Shown piece by piece: positions 12,132-27,001 of a stretch of 53,208 bases of DNA. The notes below the pieces were generated by a model. That model was not told the DNA's origin and searched no databases. It saw nothing but the letters and a program-made list of their open reading frames with translations. Every line of letters starts with the position of its first letter. Within the stretch, counting starts at the first letter, position 1. A program made the translations under genes and the position numbers. Origin of the DNA: Phoronis australis (lineage: Eukaryota > Animalia > Phoronida); the NCBI GenBank assembly GCA_002633005.1, contig NMRA01000496.1, positions 74,108 through 127,315 on the forward strand, read 5' to 3'.

Positions 12132-13379
12132 AGATTTTAGTGGACTACACCAAAGAACTGATCTGATATCAGCCTGCTTAACATGGCAATATACCAATGA
12201 ACTAAATGAACCTCTGTTATCTGATATCAGCCTGCTTAGGGTCACACTGTTCAGTGTTACCTTAAAATAGCAAAATACCAATTAAATGAACCCCTGCTGT
12301 CTGGTTGTAATAACCTTGCCATGAAAATCAATTCCGGTTTACTAGCAGCTATCGTTTGATCTGATTGGATATCCCATTTTGGCATCTTGGAATGTCACAT
12401 ATTCAAATTGCTATTGTTGAACCCTCACACTAGAACGTCATTTGTTCTATATATTGACTCTGCCTCTATTGACGCCATTGGAGAATCTAATGTATGCAGG
12501 ATCTATATTCATTTGGTTTGCAGACATTACGTCATGCATGGTCCTACACTTATCAGTTAAGTCAAGCAAACTAAAACGATGACATGTTTACATTCACATT
12601 TACCTCACACTTGTTTACAAATTAAAATAAACTAAACTGATAGAATAGGTCTGGCACGTTTTTGGTTGAAGTGAGCCAAACTACATGCAAGTCAACCAGC
12701 ACTCCATTGACTTCATGTTCCCTCCAATGTCGCCAGTAGTCAATTAAAGGGAGTCGCGGATTTTGAGAACCAATTCGACATGGTCCTTTTTGGCCTGGTC
12801 GAATATACACGTAACTTGATCCATCAACTGTCCAATGATTTTTGTATTCCGTCCCATGTCAGCAATAGTCACTTAAATGAGTCACGGATTTCTAGAACCA
12901 ATTCGATGATTACTATTCAGTGAAGAAATTTCTCAAAATATGGGCCCCCTGCTGACATGTCAATGAATATTGAAAAAAGAATAATCACAAGATCACAGAC
13001 TCCAGGTTAGTTTACATTGGTACTTTAATACAAGCCAAAAACCATGCTTTAGATCTATTTTGTTCAACTCCAGCTTTGCCAAGATGAACCTTACCCCTCC
13101 TCGATATTTCTCCAACTTTCCCGACATTTACCAGCTGTATTTTCCACAACTGATGTTCCCCTGACCCTCTGTTCCCACCTACCCATCACACCCCGGTAAT
13201 CCCTCTGTTCTCACCTACCCCATCACGCCCCGGAAATCCCAGTGTTCCCTCGTAGACTATCGCTCTATGTTCCCCCAGTGCCATGTTCCCTCCACAGGTC
13301 AATCTAATTTCTGCGATTGAAGAGATAGATTTTGGTGCGCTTAAGATGCACGAGTCTAGGCGTATATAAACACGATATA

Positions 13380-14530
13380 GTATTAGTAGTATTTATTTGC
13401 TATAGTGACAAGTACAATTAATTCAAACAGTTATAGGTACACCATTCGTAAGAAAGATAAGTACCCAGCCCAGTTGGGCTTATTATTCACTTTAACCACA
13501 CAACTCAGATGTAGGCCTGCCATAAATGCGTCGGTTTCTAAGTTCAAAAGCAGACTTGATATATTTGGTAAATTGCCAAGGGAAATACTGAAATAGCAGT
13601 TTTAACGTAATATCTAATCTTGTGAATTCTGCAAAGTTCGGGATTTGAAGTGAAACATTTTTAAACAGAATAGACATCCGTGAGTTATAAAGAGAACAAT
13701 CAAACACAAAATGTACCTCATCCTCCACAGAACCAGAATCACAACAAGCAAAATCGTTCACTTACATGAGTGTTTACATAACGACCAGTTTCCAAGTGCA
13801 ATGGGAAATTTCCGGCTCTAGGCTGAGCCAGAAGAGATCGCTCTGAACGATGTCAATAAATCTTTACATACGGCTCAGTTAAAAACTCGTGCTTAAATAA
13901 AATGTAGGTTCTTAACTTGGGTTTTGTTACAACAGACTCATCCAAAGCATGTTTTGAGTATTCAAATAGTTTGTTTCTAGCATCTACTTTGTTGCAAGTA
14001 GTCAAATTTTGAAAACAGGATTTCATGCCAGTTATGTTAAACAAATTTTTGATTCCGTTTATCCAACCCTTTCTACCAAAAGAGTAGTCCCATAGAAATA
14101 CCTTCTTCAGTAACCTATCACCACCTGTGGTCACCAATTTGTTCCAAAGATGCAACATATTCAAATTAAATCTATTTTCGGAGGTGTCCACCCCATGTCA
14201 CCACTAAGAGCATGAGTAGCTGTAATTCGGTTGACCCCTAAATAAAAACGCATGGCTCCGTTTTGGATATTTTCATCATTACCAAAATTTTTGTAACCCC
14301 AAACAGATGACCCGTAATTTCAAAATTGGTGCCACACACGAATTAAATGTTTTAAACGTTTCGTATCCTAGATTCTTGTTATCACGGAATGTTGAGCATA
14401 TCTTCCCTAAGGCTCTACCAGAAGCTTCACATAACGTATTCATTCAAATTTTCTTTGAAGTCAAGGTTTTGATCCAAAATATAGTCTAAATATTTGTATG
14501 AGTATTTATAACTAATAACACTGTTAAAAA
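13380..14530 (-). mobile_element. 5'-truncated non-LTR retrotransposon (RTEX/L2-like ORF2 3' end)
   Basis: Frameshifted ORF2 tail: YKY..LCEASGRALGKI..LGYETF..VWG..IQNGAMRFYLGV..ALSGDMGW / LWNKL..RLLKKVFLWD / KPKLRTYILFK..EPY / LHLETGRY / CDSGSVEDEVHFVFDC (CCHC-like). AATAAA at 13397-13392 is followed by a short TAC-rich tail. Confidence 0.9.
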
Positions 14531-17500
14531 TAAATTAAAAATTGCTTCTAGTAGATGCACTCAGTTGTTATATATTTAATATCTCGTTTCTGATCATCAT
14601 TGCCTTTGGGTATGCACTGAAACGGTTTTAAATAAAATTGTTTGTGGTACTCGAGATAACAGAGACCTGATATCGTGACAGTGTGGTATGAATTTGTTTC
14701 TTAAATCTACCAATACTGGACAACGTGACATGAAACGCTCTTCTGTCACTGAATCTGTACTGTATTACATGGATCTTACAAGTTCTTTCATTTACGGAAT
14801 ATAATTTCTTCTGCTGTTCTCAATTTGTAATGTTAAACACCTATAGCCGATTTCATGAAGGTGGTTTAACACGTAACCTGGTCTTCCTAAGCCTGGTCTA
14901 ATTTTAGAACTTGCTTTTCACCAACGTGGTTTAAATGTCTGAAAGTCTGGTTTTGCTTGATAAGGGAGCAGGTTAGTACCCTAGATTTCTGCTCCAAATA
15001 ACAAAATGGCAGCTATCATTGGGTGAAAAAAATTAAAAGCTAAACTACGTTTCTTCCAGATCCCATTTGACACGAAAATGCCTCACCAAATTCATAGCTG
15101 ATTTGCTTGTATTTTGAGCCAGGGACCCGCAGCACGTTGTTCAACTTAACCTACAAGAAAATACAACCCTCAAATATTTATAGTGACTGCAAATCTTCAA
15201 ACCAAAACCCCTAAACTACTATGTTTTTGTTCTTTCAATTGCCCACCTTTAATGAAAACAACTATGTTTCACTTCTGGATGTTAACAGAAATATTTCGCT
15301 TTAAAATTTTTTTTTTAGTTAATCGAATCGTCTCTGTAACTGAATTATAGCGTTGCCAAATAGAGAAACGTCGTCGGTATGTATTATAAAAACACATTTC
15401 AAAGGTCTACTCAACTTGAATACCTCCCTCCCTTTTCAGTTCTCATTTCAATAGCAAGTTAATTCTTGTACACAAAAACAATAATGGACTTAACATGCCG
15501 CCTTGTTTGACTCCACACTTGCATTCAAAACTTTGGCGTGTTGTTTTAACTTCAGTATTTATTTTAGCATTCACAGTTGATTACACACTCTAAGCTGTTC
15601 TCAGCAGTCGTCCAACAGAAGCTTTTTATGTATAGCATAATTGTGTTTTATTTGTCAAATAAAATGCCTTGCTAAAGTAAATTTAAGCATAATAAAATGG
15701 TGTTCATTTTTCTCTTGGTATGTATTTTTCAGTAGTAAGAATAACAAGACTGACGCGAAGTGTTGACGTAGGCGACCACCGTGTGCATTGCTTTTTGTGC
15801 GGCTACAGGGGATGATTACTGTTTTAACACTCTCAGTAAACGCAGCTGTGCCAGCAAATGTAAAAACAGCCTCTGGGTGTTGCATGGGAAGGCAGTAATT
15901 TCCACCTCAATAGAAACAGGTCTGTCAAACCCAATGAGATAAATATATCGCTCATTGGTCAAAACCTTAAAACAGTAAAACAGGTACTGGGAGCTACTGT
16001 GGTTGTCACGCCATATACGTCCAAAGTCGTCATCATAGAAATGCAGATGCCAAATTTCACAATAGATCCTGCAAGAAGAAAGAAAAACAGCTCTAGATGC
16101 AAAAAAAAAAACAAATTGCCACTAGAGGACGCTACAGTATAGTCAAACTGTCCCCAAATTGCCAATCATGCTCTTCCCAGCAACACATTTACCAAATTTC
16201 ACAACGATTGTTAGAGCAGTTTGGACTATAGACAGAGGGGCACCTCAAACTGAGCGTTGCAAGCAAAACCACGCGTTAATCAAACCTACGCTTTGATTAA
16301 GCACATTTTGACGTGCAGACAGGTACTCATTTAGAGACTTATTGGCGCTTTATACTCCAGTCCAAACCGGCCCATACGTCGGAGCGCTTTTCTTGAATTA
16401 TGGTTTACAAAATCGTTTGAATAGCAATGAATGTACCGTGGTTGATAACGTGTCAATATTGCTACTTCATATTCTCTTAAAGGTGCAAATGCGAACTCAT
16501 TTTAGGTGTTAAGAGATGCGGGCAATTTAGTTCGCTTGGACATTGAAAGTGACTCTAAGCATTTACATGTACCACATCTCCAGTTGCACTGGCCATACAA
16601 CAAGGCTGTGGTCATTAGTAATGCCTACATGAAATCCAAACAAAGTGATTTAGTACCTGATCAATGTTGTCGATATATAGGTGCATCTAATAACCCAAAC
16701 ATCGTTATTTTTGCATGTAAAAATATAAAAATTACACCCGATTGCGAAAATTTAGTTGTGAAGCTTCGGATTAGAGAATCTTTGAAGAAGTGAACCTTAG
16801 GGGTAGCTCTCTCGTTGCAGTATGCAGCTTATTTAGGCCATAGGGCCTACAGTAGATCTAGGTATAGACATTCAGTTTTAAATTCACTGGTTGCCATTTG
16901 GTGTTACCGCCATTCATGTTTAATGCTGATCAAGCCTCCTTTTATAGTCTGACCGATGTCCTGTCATCTACACAAACACCTCTCTGGCGAAGTTGACCCG
17001 GGTACGGTCCCATGCCACGTAAAGCGCTTTAAATCTGAAGCACTATTTCGAAATTGCTACCAAGTTACAATTGTAGTAAATCGTATCAGTAGTTGCAACA
17101 ATTTAAATTGTTTTCTTTGTCCATCTGTACCCTTATATAAAAGTATCTTTAACGGATATGCCGGGACGGGTCCTTTCCCCCTTGGCTTGGAGCCTGTTGA
17201 CTACACGCAACTTTGAGGTGCTTTTTAGTTAATAGGGCCTAAGTTCCTTTTTTTTTCAAACTGTATTTACAGAAAAATACTATATTAAGGACAATCTAGA
17301 GGAGACCATCTCAACAGTAATGTTAAATTGGCCCAAACCGTGAGTTCTACAGTAGTTGTCACGTTTTCATGCGGCGAAGAAACACCGATAGGTGGAGAGA
17401 TGAGTATTCCGGTATACTGAAGTTTCCCTGTCACTATTTAAATAACGTCATCACAATGTGTGTTTTCATCATTACACGACGTTCACACTGCTTTTTCCAA

Positions 17501-18088
17501 TTAACCTAGTTTTACATCTATGCCACTTGTAACTGACAATTTTCAGTACAGGTACAAGCACATGACCACATGATTTTACTAAAACTACCTAAAGTTCAGG
17601 ACAAGCTCTATGCAAAACGGTATAGCAATTACTAAACTCTAATGGCTGCCAAATTGAGAAACAATGCAAAAACGTCCGTTTTCTAATCATGGAGAGGAAT
17701 AATCCACCTATGGTGGTAAAATTGAAGGTTGAAATAAATTTTAAATCTCAAATGCTACTGCGCATCGATCAAAACTCTTACCATGCACAATTCCCTTGCC
17801 ACTGTACTTGGAACTCTGTTATTTGAGCATGCCCCCATAAAACCACCTATTTTGAATCAATTTAGATAGAGTAGCTCTACTGGATTACGGCACGTTCGGT
17901 TGCGTTACCTGACACCTGACGGTAGACGCAGAGGTTGAAATTATCCAATGACGTCATTAGTTTCACACGCAGTCTGTTCAGCAGTTCACAACACGGGTTA
18001 CTGGTGTCAGCTTATCGCTTGAATTCATCGTTTAACAGCAATAAATCATCAAACGTTGATTTAAAACCCTTAAAAATACACAGAGTTC

Positions 18089-18340
18089 TTATAAAAACAT
18101 GTTGTTTAATTTCGATGTTGCGGATTTATTGGCATTTGGACACACCGTAGCCAAAAACTTCGGCAGACCACTGCTTAGGGTTTGTTTGGAGATAAATTCA
18201 AAGTACTCTTCCGTGAAATGCTGACAGGAGAACCTAGATCTATGTTGTTTAGAGTTGTGAATTTCGAATTCTAAACACACAAAACACTTGTCACCCCGGC
18301 CAGTGGCTCGGAATCCGGAAAACATGACAAATATAAACAA
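18089..18340 (-). pseudogene. THAP-like remnant
   Basis: SRFSCQHFTEEYFEFISKQTLSSGLP resembles the THAP C..HF....F...L...VP tail. Element ends were not found. Confidence 0.35.
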
Positions 18341-18475
18341 GCCAAAGTTGGAAACTAAACTTCAAGTCAAGAACATACTATACTAGTGAGACACAGTAGT
18401 AATGTGCACGTGATCATGTTGTTGATTTAGCCACCAAACTGCAAATGTACTTATTTGTTGGAGGCAGCGAATTCA

Positions 18476-18683
18476 GGGTTCCGTTCCAACAAACTGACAT
18501 CAGTTCATTTTTGACTTAAGTCTAAGATTTATGTTAACTTCCAACCTTTGAAATTGCCACATGTAACTCAAACTTAAAAAATCTCATTCTTGAAACAATC
18601 TTGAGAAAAATTTAAGTTTTGTGTTAAAATTTACTAAAAGTTAAGATTTGTCTTACCTAAGTCAGTTTTGTTGGAACAGACCC
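18476..18683. mobile_element. Harbinger/Tourist-like MITE (~210 bp)
   Basis: GGGTTCCGTTCCAACAAACTGAC ... GTCAGTTTTGTTGGAACAGACCC, with an AT-rich interior containing cttaag motifs. Confidence 0.65.
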
Positions 18684-18902
18684 TAGGTTCCCCTTTGGCC
18701 AGAGAACCGTCATTGCAGAATTTATACATTGACGGTCATTATTTGAATAATTCAATAGACAATTAAAGTTTCCCAGCTAACAACTCGCCGTGGGATAGAA
18801 AATTGAGTTATGGTTTCACAACAGTTTCTGTCAGCAAACACTGAATTAGCATACGCTCACACGGCCTCGGAGACCATTCAATTAGTTTTATAGACACATT
18901 AA

Positions 18903-19593
18903 GCCAGTAACGCAGTGATTTATTCATTGCTGGCTTCTTTTGCACTCACGAACACTCCAACGGCATTACAAATTGCATCTCAAGAGAGAGACTTTTTTCA
19001 GTTTGATATAAGTATTGGTTGGGATGAGAATAATTCATTTTGAAACAGAATGCTCAGTAATAACCCTCAACATGGCGACTTGCAATCCCGATATAGACAA
19101 GAGGTCATCCGACGAAGACTTCGCAGGTGGATTGTTAAGTTTCATATGCTATCAGTTGGAACCGGAAAACAGGCGCCGGTTGTCAAGTTCATGCAACGGA
19201 ACGTATGGATAGTTAATTGGTAAGCTTGCATTCGTCAGACTCTTTGTCAATGACTGCAGGCAGCACAAGGAGATGTTTCACGGCCTCGTACTTTTCATTC
19301 TTCAATCACTACCGCAAGCCATTCCTAAGCATTTTTCACTCTCGAGGAAGTCGAAAAAACAATATACCCGCGTTCCTCTCAGGTTCATAGTTTGGACAGG
19401 CGGGAAAGATGCCACCGGAAACACAGCAGTAGTAACTTTTCAAATGAACCACTGACGTCGCTGCGTCGTTTCTCACCTTCCTCACAGGTTAACGCGACAC
19501 CTCTCGGCATGGTAAGGTCGACCGTATGCGAGATTTGGAAATAAACCGATTATGGCGGTTAAAAAGACTAATTAAGTCGGGTTGCATTCTTCT
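18903..19593. mobile_element. Internally deleted Kolobok element (ends uncertain)
   Basis: KolX first exon (+) 19072-19219 MATCNPDIDKRSSDED...CYQLEPE...W| ends in TG|GTAAGC. A convergent THAP remnant (-) at ~19436-19270 reads YYCCVSG..ACPNY...GILFFRLPRE...EWL. TTAA is present at both proposed ends, but the TIR match is weak. Confidence 0.55.
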
Positions 19594-20785
19594 TTAATCT
19601 TACAACGTGCAATTTGGTCAGAGATTAAATGGAGGTTTTGGTTTCGCTGTAATTTCCTGTTCCGTGTGTATAAGTGTGCTGTAATAAAAGACGGTGTCCA
19701 ACACGTGACATTGCAAACTTTATAACCCTTTGATATGAATTGTGTATATAGACAAACAAACCTATATGTATCTTTTACGAACACAACTTACCATAAAAAT
19801 GTTAAGCATCAACTGTAAGGTACACAGGTGTGTTTAAAGTATATCTTTTATTTCCCGAGGACATGTTTGATGGCATCCGCTTTTATCTAAATTCACCTGT
19901 GTGTAAAGTAACCCCACCTCCCAAAGCACAAGGCAAATTGAAAACATCAAAGACTGAATGCGAAGTCACATGACCAGTAGACATGCGACAAGATCAAAGT
20001 CAACCTGTGCCAACTCAACTACTTTAATAATTCAGTCACGTAAAATATGTAGTTTAAAAAGTCAAGCTGATGATCAGCAAAGTGACACCTACCGGCTTGT
20101 GGGGAAACACAGTAAAACACAGACATGTCAGTCAAGCACAGGTCAAAGACACTTAAGTTCCATCTACATTCAACTATGACAAAGTGCACTCCGACATTCA
20201 GATAGGTTCAATTTTGTCATTTATGAAGAAATTACGTCATTACAGCTGGATCTGACAGGTGCAATTTTTACTGTACTTGAGGTAACAGTTAGGCACAGTT
20301 CATCTATACAATCTTTCTTTACTCAATTACTAAGAAACTTTTTAAGATCATTCTATAGCGTCTTTTCATAATTTCTAAAAAAACTAATGAAGATCGCTGG
20401 ATAGCTCAAGCTATAGAAACAAAAGACAATGAACATCAAAGATGACAAATAGATTCTAAAGTTAGAAAGGTGGTGCCAATTAAAAAGACTCCCTACAACT
20501 GCAAAATGATAGAATTGGGGTGACGATGTTCCCAACTTCCTAAAGGCGCTATTTAACACAGCCATAAACTTGAAGTCCGGCAAAAGTCAACTTACTGTTA
20601 TAAATCTCATCTAAATGTATCGGAAAGGGACGACATTTCAATATGTGATAACTTGTCTAACGAGAACATGCTCCATATTGATTTTTATCTCGTTTACAGG
20701 TGCATGTTTACAGCATCGATTCATAAAATAAAGAGCCGTGGCACGCCACCTAGTGGAACCAAGCGATAACGAATCCTCAGTTCAT

Positions 20786-21180
20786 TCTAGAATTTGTGTG
20801 CAGGGCGTACGTCTGGTTTGGCTGGTTGTTCGAGGAATTTGTTGAAAACAAATGCCAGGAAACTGATTTACTTATGTGTTTTTTAGCCGTGACCTACTTT
20901 TGATACAAAACTGTGGCTTTTGTTTGCTTTCAACCCCTGTCGCCTGCTGTCTGAGAAACTAGGTGCAATTTCAGGTGGCTGTCAGACAGATAAAAATTGC
21001 CAAAAAAGTAGCTGGTAAGGGGCATACTATGACCACAATTTTAGAATTTAGAGAGTGCGAACATTCTGAATATGTAGACGGATTTTTCCAAGCACTTGCA
21101 GGGAAGTGGCAAAATTGGGGAGAACACTGTCAAATTTTGAGTTTTTTGGTAATATTTCTGTGTGCCGGGATTTTTTGCCG
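20786..21180 (+). repeat. ~400-bp interspersed repeat, copy 1
   Basis: Diverged inverted copy at 42886-43290 (for example tttcaggtggctgtcagacagat versus atctgtctgacagccacctgaaa). Confidence 0.85.
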
Positions 21181-21725
21181 ATGCGAGTTAATGGTTGAGA
21201 ATCTGTGGTGTAAGTAAGTTTCAGTTGTCACGAGTAGTGCTTGTGAGTTGTAACTGTAGTATGCCACCATAAATAATCTCTAGTTTTGAGACTATATCTA
21301 GTTTTAGTAAGGAACGAATTGAACCTACATGTATATCTACATGAAGTTCAGTTATTTCCAACAGGTGGAGTGGCATTAACACACACTAAGTCTTGAGTTA
21401 TTGTGCATAATACGTGAGTCAAATATATAGCCAAAACGAGATGGCTATAAATACATTCAATCATTAGCAATACATTACAATACAATACAATACAATATAA
21501 TGCAATAAAATATGATTTGGTTGAAAATAAATCATAGCTCAATCGACTATGTTAACTTTTGTCCTGGCCTTAAACCTCAACAAAGAGATAACACAAAGCA
21601 CAACCTATAGTGATACAGGATAGGACTTAATAAAACTTTTGCCAAAGTACAAAGCAAAAAGTCAAAAATTTTAAACGCATCAAAATTTTCAGTAACCGCA
21701 TATTGCTTCAAAAATTAATTTTCAA

Positions 21726-22878
21726 CACAGGCGATTGGGTTTATCTGTTCCTCGATCGCAAATGACGTCACTCAATAATATATATACAGTAAGAAAACAT
21801 AAAGGTTGGACACTTTAACTTTGCCAAGCCGAGGGTCCCAACTTCAACCGTCCAAAATTCAAATAAAATCTGCGTGCACCTCCCTCAGTCTGGTGTTGCA
21901 TAAACCTTCGAAGCCTTATCTTTCCTAGATTCCATTAACTGTCTTCGAGAGTGGTGAATTGGCGATGGAATTTCCAGAACAATCTCAAAACTCTGAAGTC
22001 AAGGACCTGAAATAGTAAACATGGCGGATTTCAGTTGTGCTTGAACTTGTACGCCTTTCGTAGGTGAAACTTCGAGTTTGAGCAAGCAACCTATATTTCA
22101 AATTCAGTAATTCTCATCCAAAACTCAACTAATTGAGAATGTTAAAGTTAGTATTTTAATGATTAATTGTAACTTTATTCCACTGACGGCTCATTTTAGC
22201 CCTTAACTTAGAATTTTATTACATAAACTGGCGTATCTTGTTTCTCATCTTGACATCACACACTTTTTTGATTGAAGCACAACACACACTCGGCCAGGAA
22301 ACGCAGTCCTTGCAAGTATTACAATGCGCGTGGCCGACGAGTAAACTCAATGGTTTTGGCCAAAATTGAAACCTTCATAAGAAATCACATTACGCAAAAT
22401 AACTTCGCACATGAATACAGTATCTGGATAATTTATATTTGACACAAATATGTGAGTAGTTAAATTTATTTGGCAATAAAGTGCTCCCTGCTTCTCATGA
22501 TTAAGTAGTCGAGGGATTGATGGCGAAAGCCGAGCGAAATTAGACTTTCGGATTTAGCTCGGGAGCGTCCGTCAAAAACCCGGATGTGCGAAGACCGTCT
22601 GCCATGACTTCACGGAATCACTTCCTTGAATTTGTGATTTTGGTGTTCTTTTGGCATTTTTGTCGCCAAATTACCACTCGAAGGCAATTGAAGAGATCGA
22701 ATGAAAGAAAGTATTCTATGAGTTGTTCGATGCCGGCTAGTTTCGTGGAGTTCCATGTACATTTGAGTAGAAAATTCTGAGCAAACAGATTTCGAGTGTC
22801 CAACCTTTATGTTTTCTTATATGTATTATCGAGTGACGTCATTTGCGATCGAGGAACAGATAAACCCAAGCGCCTGTG
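21726..22878. mobile_element. Non-autonomous DNA transposon with ~85-bp TIRs and a probable 8-bp TSD (hAT/P-like)
   Basis: CACAGGCGATTGGGTTTATCTGTTCCTCGATCGCAAATGACGTCACTC...AAAGGTTGGACACT is inverted at 22796-22878. Flanks are attttcaa and cttttcaa (7/8 match). Confidence 0.8.
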
Positions 22879-25800
22879 CTTTTCAAGTCAATTTTCACTT
22901 ATCTACAAATCACATGACCTAACAATTTGCGAGCGGTTCTTTTACAGCACAATTGGTAGCTTGAACCCATTGCTCCTCAATAATATTAACCAATCAATAG
23001 GAAACAGTAGTTTACACCGAGTGCGGTTCACAAGCCTAGTTGCATGTTTGTGATCAATTCTCCTTTTTGCATGACAATAATCCTACCTTGACACCATAAG
23101 CGGTCCAGATTGTACGACTCGACCAGTTTGGGCACCTCAAAGTTTACCGGTTTAGTTCAAAGACACCATGCTGTTGCAGTTAATTAAATCACCTCAGGCT
23201 TCTGATGTCATCGTTCTCTAAATAATAACACCCATCCTAAGAAGATTGGGGAGACAATCGTAGTTTTTTGAGTCGTATTTGAAAAGTTCAGGAAAAACTT
23301 ACGTGAGTAGTATTCTGAATTTTGAAAAATTGGTCAATAAAATATAATTTTTACAAGCCGATGTTGCAATAACTCTGCTGGATGTGCATTAGTATTGGGT
23401 CAATTACCAAACACCGTGGCAGAGCTGGATTTTGAGGTAAGCTAAGTGGCACCGTGCAATTCTTGGAATTAAGGGAATGTCAGGCAGGGGACCTGCCCAA
23501 ATAACTATTTACCTGAACTTCCGCATTGTTTTTGCAGTCTTTCAGGCGCAAGACATTTCGGTACTAGACGACCTTTAAGGTCAGGTGCCTGGTATGAAAC
23601 ACCGAATGCGTAAGCTCAAATTACTTTTACTGCCACATCCTACCATTAAGGGGGTAAACATTGAAGCTACCCCAGAGGTCAGAGAAATTCGGTAAGGTGA
23701 TTGACCAACTATTTTTTATACCTTTAGTAAAACCAAAATAAGGCCAATTTGTAATGAAGTTGTTGACAAAATGTTGCAAGATAAATTTTGACACAGATTA
23801 TTTTGCAGTACTCGTACATATAACTGCAGCCGATGACCCAGTGCGAACCGATCGAGACCACTGCTTTGGCAAAAGACGAAGGTATGCTATCGCCGTGTTA
23901 TCGAAATGAGTGGTTCAAATCATGAATGAATCATACATACAATGTAAAAAGAGAGCTTCCGACACTTTGCACAAAATTACAAAAACACTCATATAAGCTG
24001 GTACCCGTCAGAGCCAGACCACCTGGCCTCGGGTGCGCGTGACATCTGTGCGCTGTGCGGGTGAAGAATGATGCATTAATTAGCTACCCGGGCCTTGAAT
24101 GAATCAATTTCCTGCCACAAAGACATTTAAAAATCTTGTGTCATACCCCGAACACTACATTATTGTAACGTCACTGACAATCAGCTCATTGACTAAAACT
24201 AGCTACACTCCCTCGTAACCCGTTTGCAGCTTTTTGTATTTAGACAACACATATATGTATTGCATGTTTTTGTCCCGTGTTAATAGATCTTCTCTTTAAT
24301 AATTGAAAATCATAACCAATTTTTAGCAAGCGATTATTTTCCAGACGAACCGCCACGACAAATGCAGGGGAATGACCCCACCGGTTACTGTGTCCCTGCA
24401 GCACAATTGCATGTTATTGCAAGTGAGATGTGGAGGTCACCGTTTTCAAATATATGTAAAACACTTTTTGTTTGTTAAAGCGTAGCCGTTTGTGAGTTTT
24501 TTTTAGGTATTTTACATTTTAGAAGACAGTACATGGTCCTTGCATGATAAGGGGTGGTGGGGGTGCTAGAGCCCCCACTTTTTCTAGTCCTCCCCAGCCG
24601 ATGCAGTGAAGTCCGTGTCGATTTGGGGCCAAGCGGGCACATCGTTCACACGTCCCAGTAGTCACAAGGCATTTTTTTTACTTCAGACTGGTATTTGGCA
24701 TGCGTACACGGCGTGGCAATAACGGTAACACATTTGCTAACCAATTCAGTTTTTTCTCCTCTAATCCATTACCTGAACGGGAACTGTTGTTGAAGTTAAC
24801 CTGCTGTTACAATGAGTCAGAGCTAACCTCAGTAGTCGATTGTTGGCTGCGAGAGACCATAGGAGCTTCACACAGTTGTGATTATGCGTCATACGTAAAG
24901 ATCAGCCACAATTTGAGCAACAAATGTTCATGTTTGTATAAAAAGTACCAAAATGAGAATCGAAAAACAACTGAAAAAACAACGCCTTTACGCCCAGGGT
25001 GGTGTCAATGCGGTTTCAAGGTAAAATGACTCGCGAATCGTTCCTAAACTGATGCACAGGAACTCGGGCCACAGAAGTAGACTGGATGGACAATGATTTT
25101 TCAATCTCGACGGAGATACAATATTGTGCTCAAAAGGCTTTTAGATTGATAACAGAAAGGATTGAACATTACGTCGTGTTGCATATATGTATTACATATT
25201 TTGGTATATGTTTTTAGTACTTTAGCTAGAATGCCCTTTGACATAACGACTTTGATTACCAGTAAAACGTACTGTCCTCAGCCATGAGGTGGGATTAATT
25301 ATTACTGTTGCTTGAGCAACATTTGTTTTAAAGGAGGTCACACGTCATTGTTATTCACATAGTGTGTACACATTACGTGCTGGAAGACTGATACGAAACC
25401 AAGTAAGAAATGTATAACAAAACTTAAGTCTGACTCAGTGGTTAGAGATGGAAACAGAAAATGTCAATATATTTATTGAATTCAGTAATTTGGGGAGGAT
25501 TTATCTGGTATGACAACTTGCAGGGTTCATTAACATAAGTCGTATACATGAAGACGCAAAGCTGCCTCAGGATCAAAGCTACATTTTGTCTTTGTTGTCC
25601 CCGGCACAGTTCTTTCATCAATACACTTCGCTCGCTGACTCAATATTCTAGCGACTTGGTGAATGAAAGTAGTTAGGGTAGATACAAGACTGATGTGTAC
25701 CTGGTGGAAGCTTAGTGTTAACCTTGGCACTTTTGATCTCAGATAAATACTTAGTAATTAGCCATGCTTTTAACCTTGCATAAATACTAAATAATTATCC

Positions 25801-27001
25801 ATGCTCTTGTGAAGTTCCAAGGTGGTTCTGTCATTTTTTCTCGCTACACGGTTTACATTTTGTATTTGAAGTTCCCAAAGAATCATGAATGGAAATTTTG
25901 CAAGAAACGTGAAAACTAAGTGAAATATTGTACTAAACTTAAAAAAATTTTGTGAATTGGGTTTGAAATAACCTTTAAGGAAATAGCGGGTTGGCTATTA
26001 GGAAGTGGTTCGTGGAATGAGAAAGTAACAACTAAAAAGAGTTTAAGTAGTTCTGTTGTAATATTTGAAGTGATGCACTTAGAAAGTAAGCCAACCTAGG
26101 TACACGTAAAACTGAAGAAAATTTTCACAAAGGCTGAACGGATTCAAGATCAAGATGCGCGATGAAGGCCGCGAAACACACCCACTTTAAAAGAACGTAG
26201 GCCACAAAAGGCTGCAGATATAGTAATCAAGAAATAAGTTATAGAAGTATTTAGTCACGCTGTAGTTCAGCCAAGACTATCGAGCAAACCAGTGCGTCTA
26301 ATATGATCGCGTCGATGCCCCAAATACTTTGGAAATTGAAACTTTACGATTAGTTAGTCTTGGTTTCGTTTTGACATAATCTTGTAGGCTTTGCATGTGT
26401 CGACCAATGATTCATTTCTAGCTCACTAGTCTTTCCTAAATGTCAATAGGGAGCGCAACCTCAAAATTGAAAGGGAAACTCCTGTTGGGGGTGTGCTGTC
26501 TGCCTGTGACAACGACGTTTTATTATTTTTGTTTATGACCCTGAGAGCAGTGCTCAGTGCCTGTTAATCCGCGTTTATACCTGTCGTGAGAGTACTTTGA
26601 AATCGTTGACTTGACAATGGAAGTTATTTATTGACATCTGCTCTTCACTATAACATCAATGATCGGAATGTGTCCCTCATGATATTAATAAAATACATGC
26701 GTTGCAAGCTGGTTTACCACGTATGAGGTGGGCGATATAAGGCCATTTATGACGATGAAGTATACAGTTACAAGTACCCAGTAAACATGAGAGTATTGGC
26801 CCAGTACTGGATTTCTGTTGCTTGATAACGCTTGTACCGTATACCGGTTTACGTTTCTGGGCCACGAATGGCCCAGTATCGTCCCCACGACACTAACCCA
26901 GTGAACTTTCCCTTAGCGGCTCGCCGGTATTGGACCGGTAAACACAGACTTGAACACAAGAGGGCAGTTTAGAGGCTTGCCCACAGGAAGGCTAAAACTT
27001 T

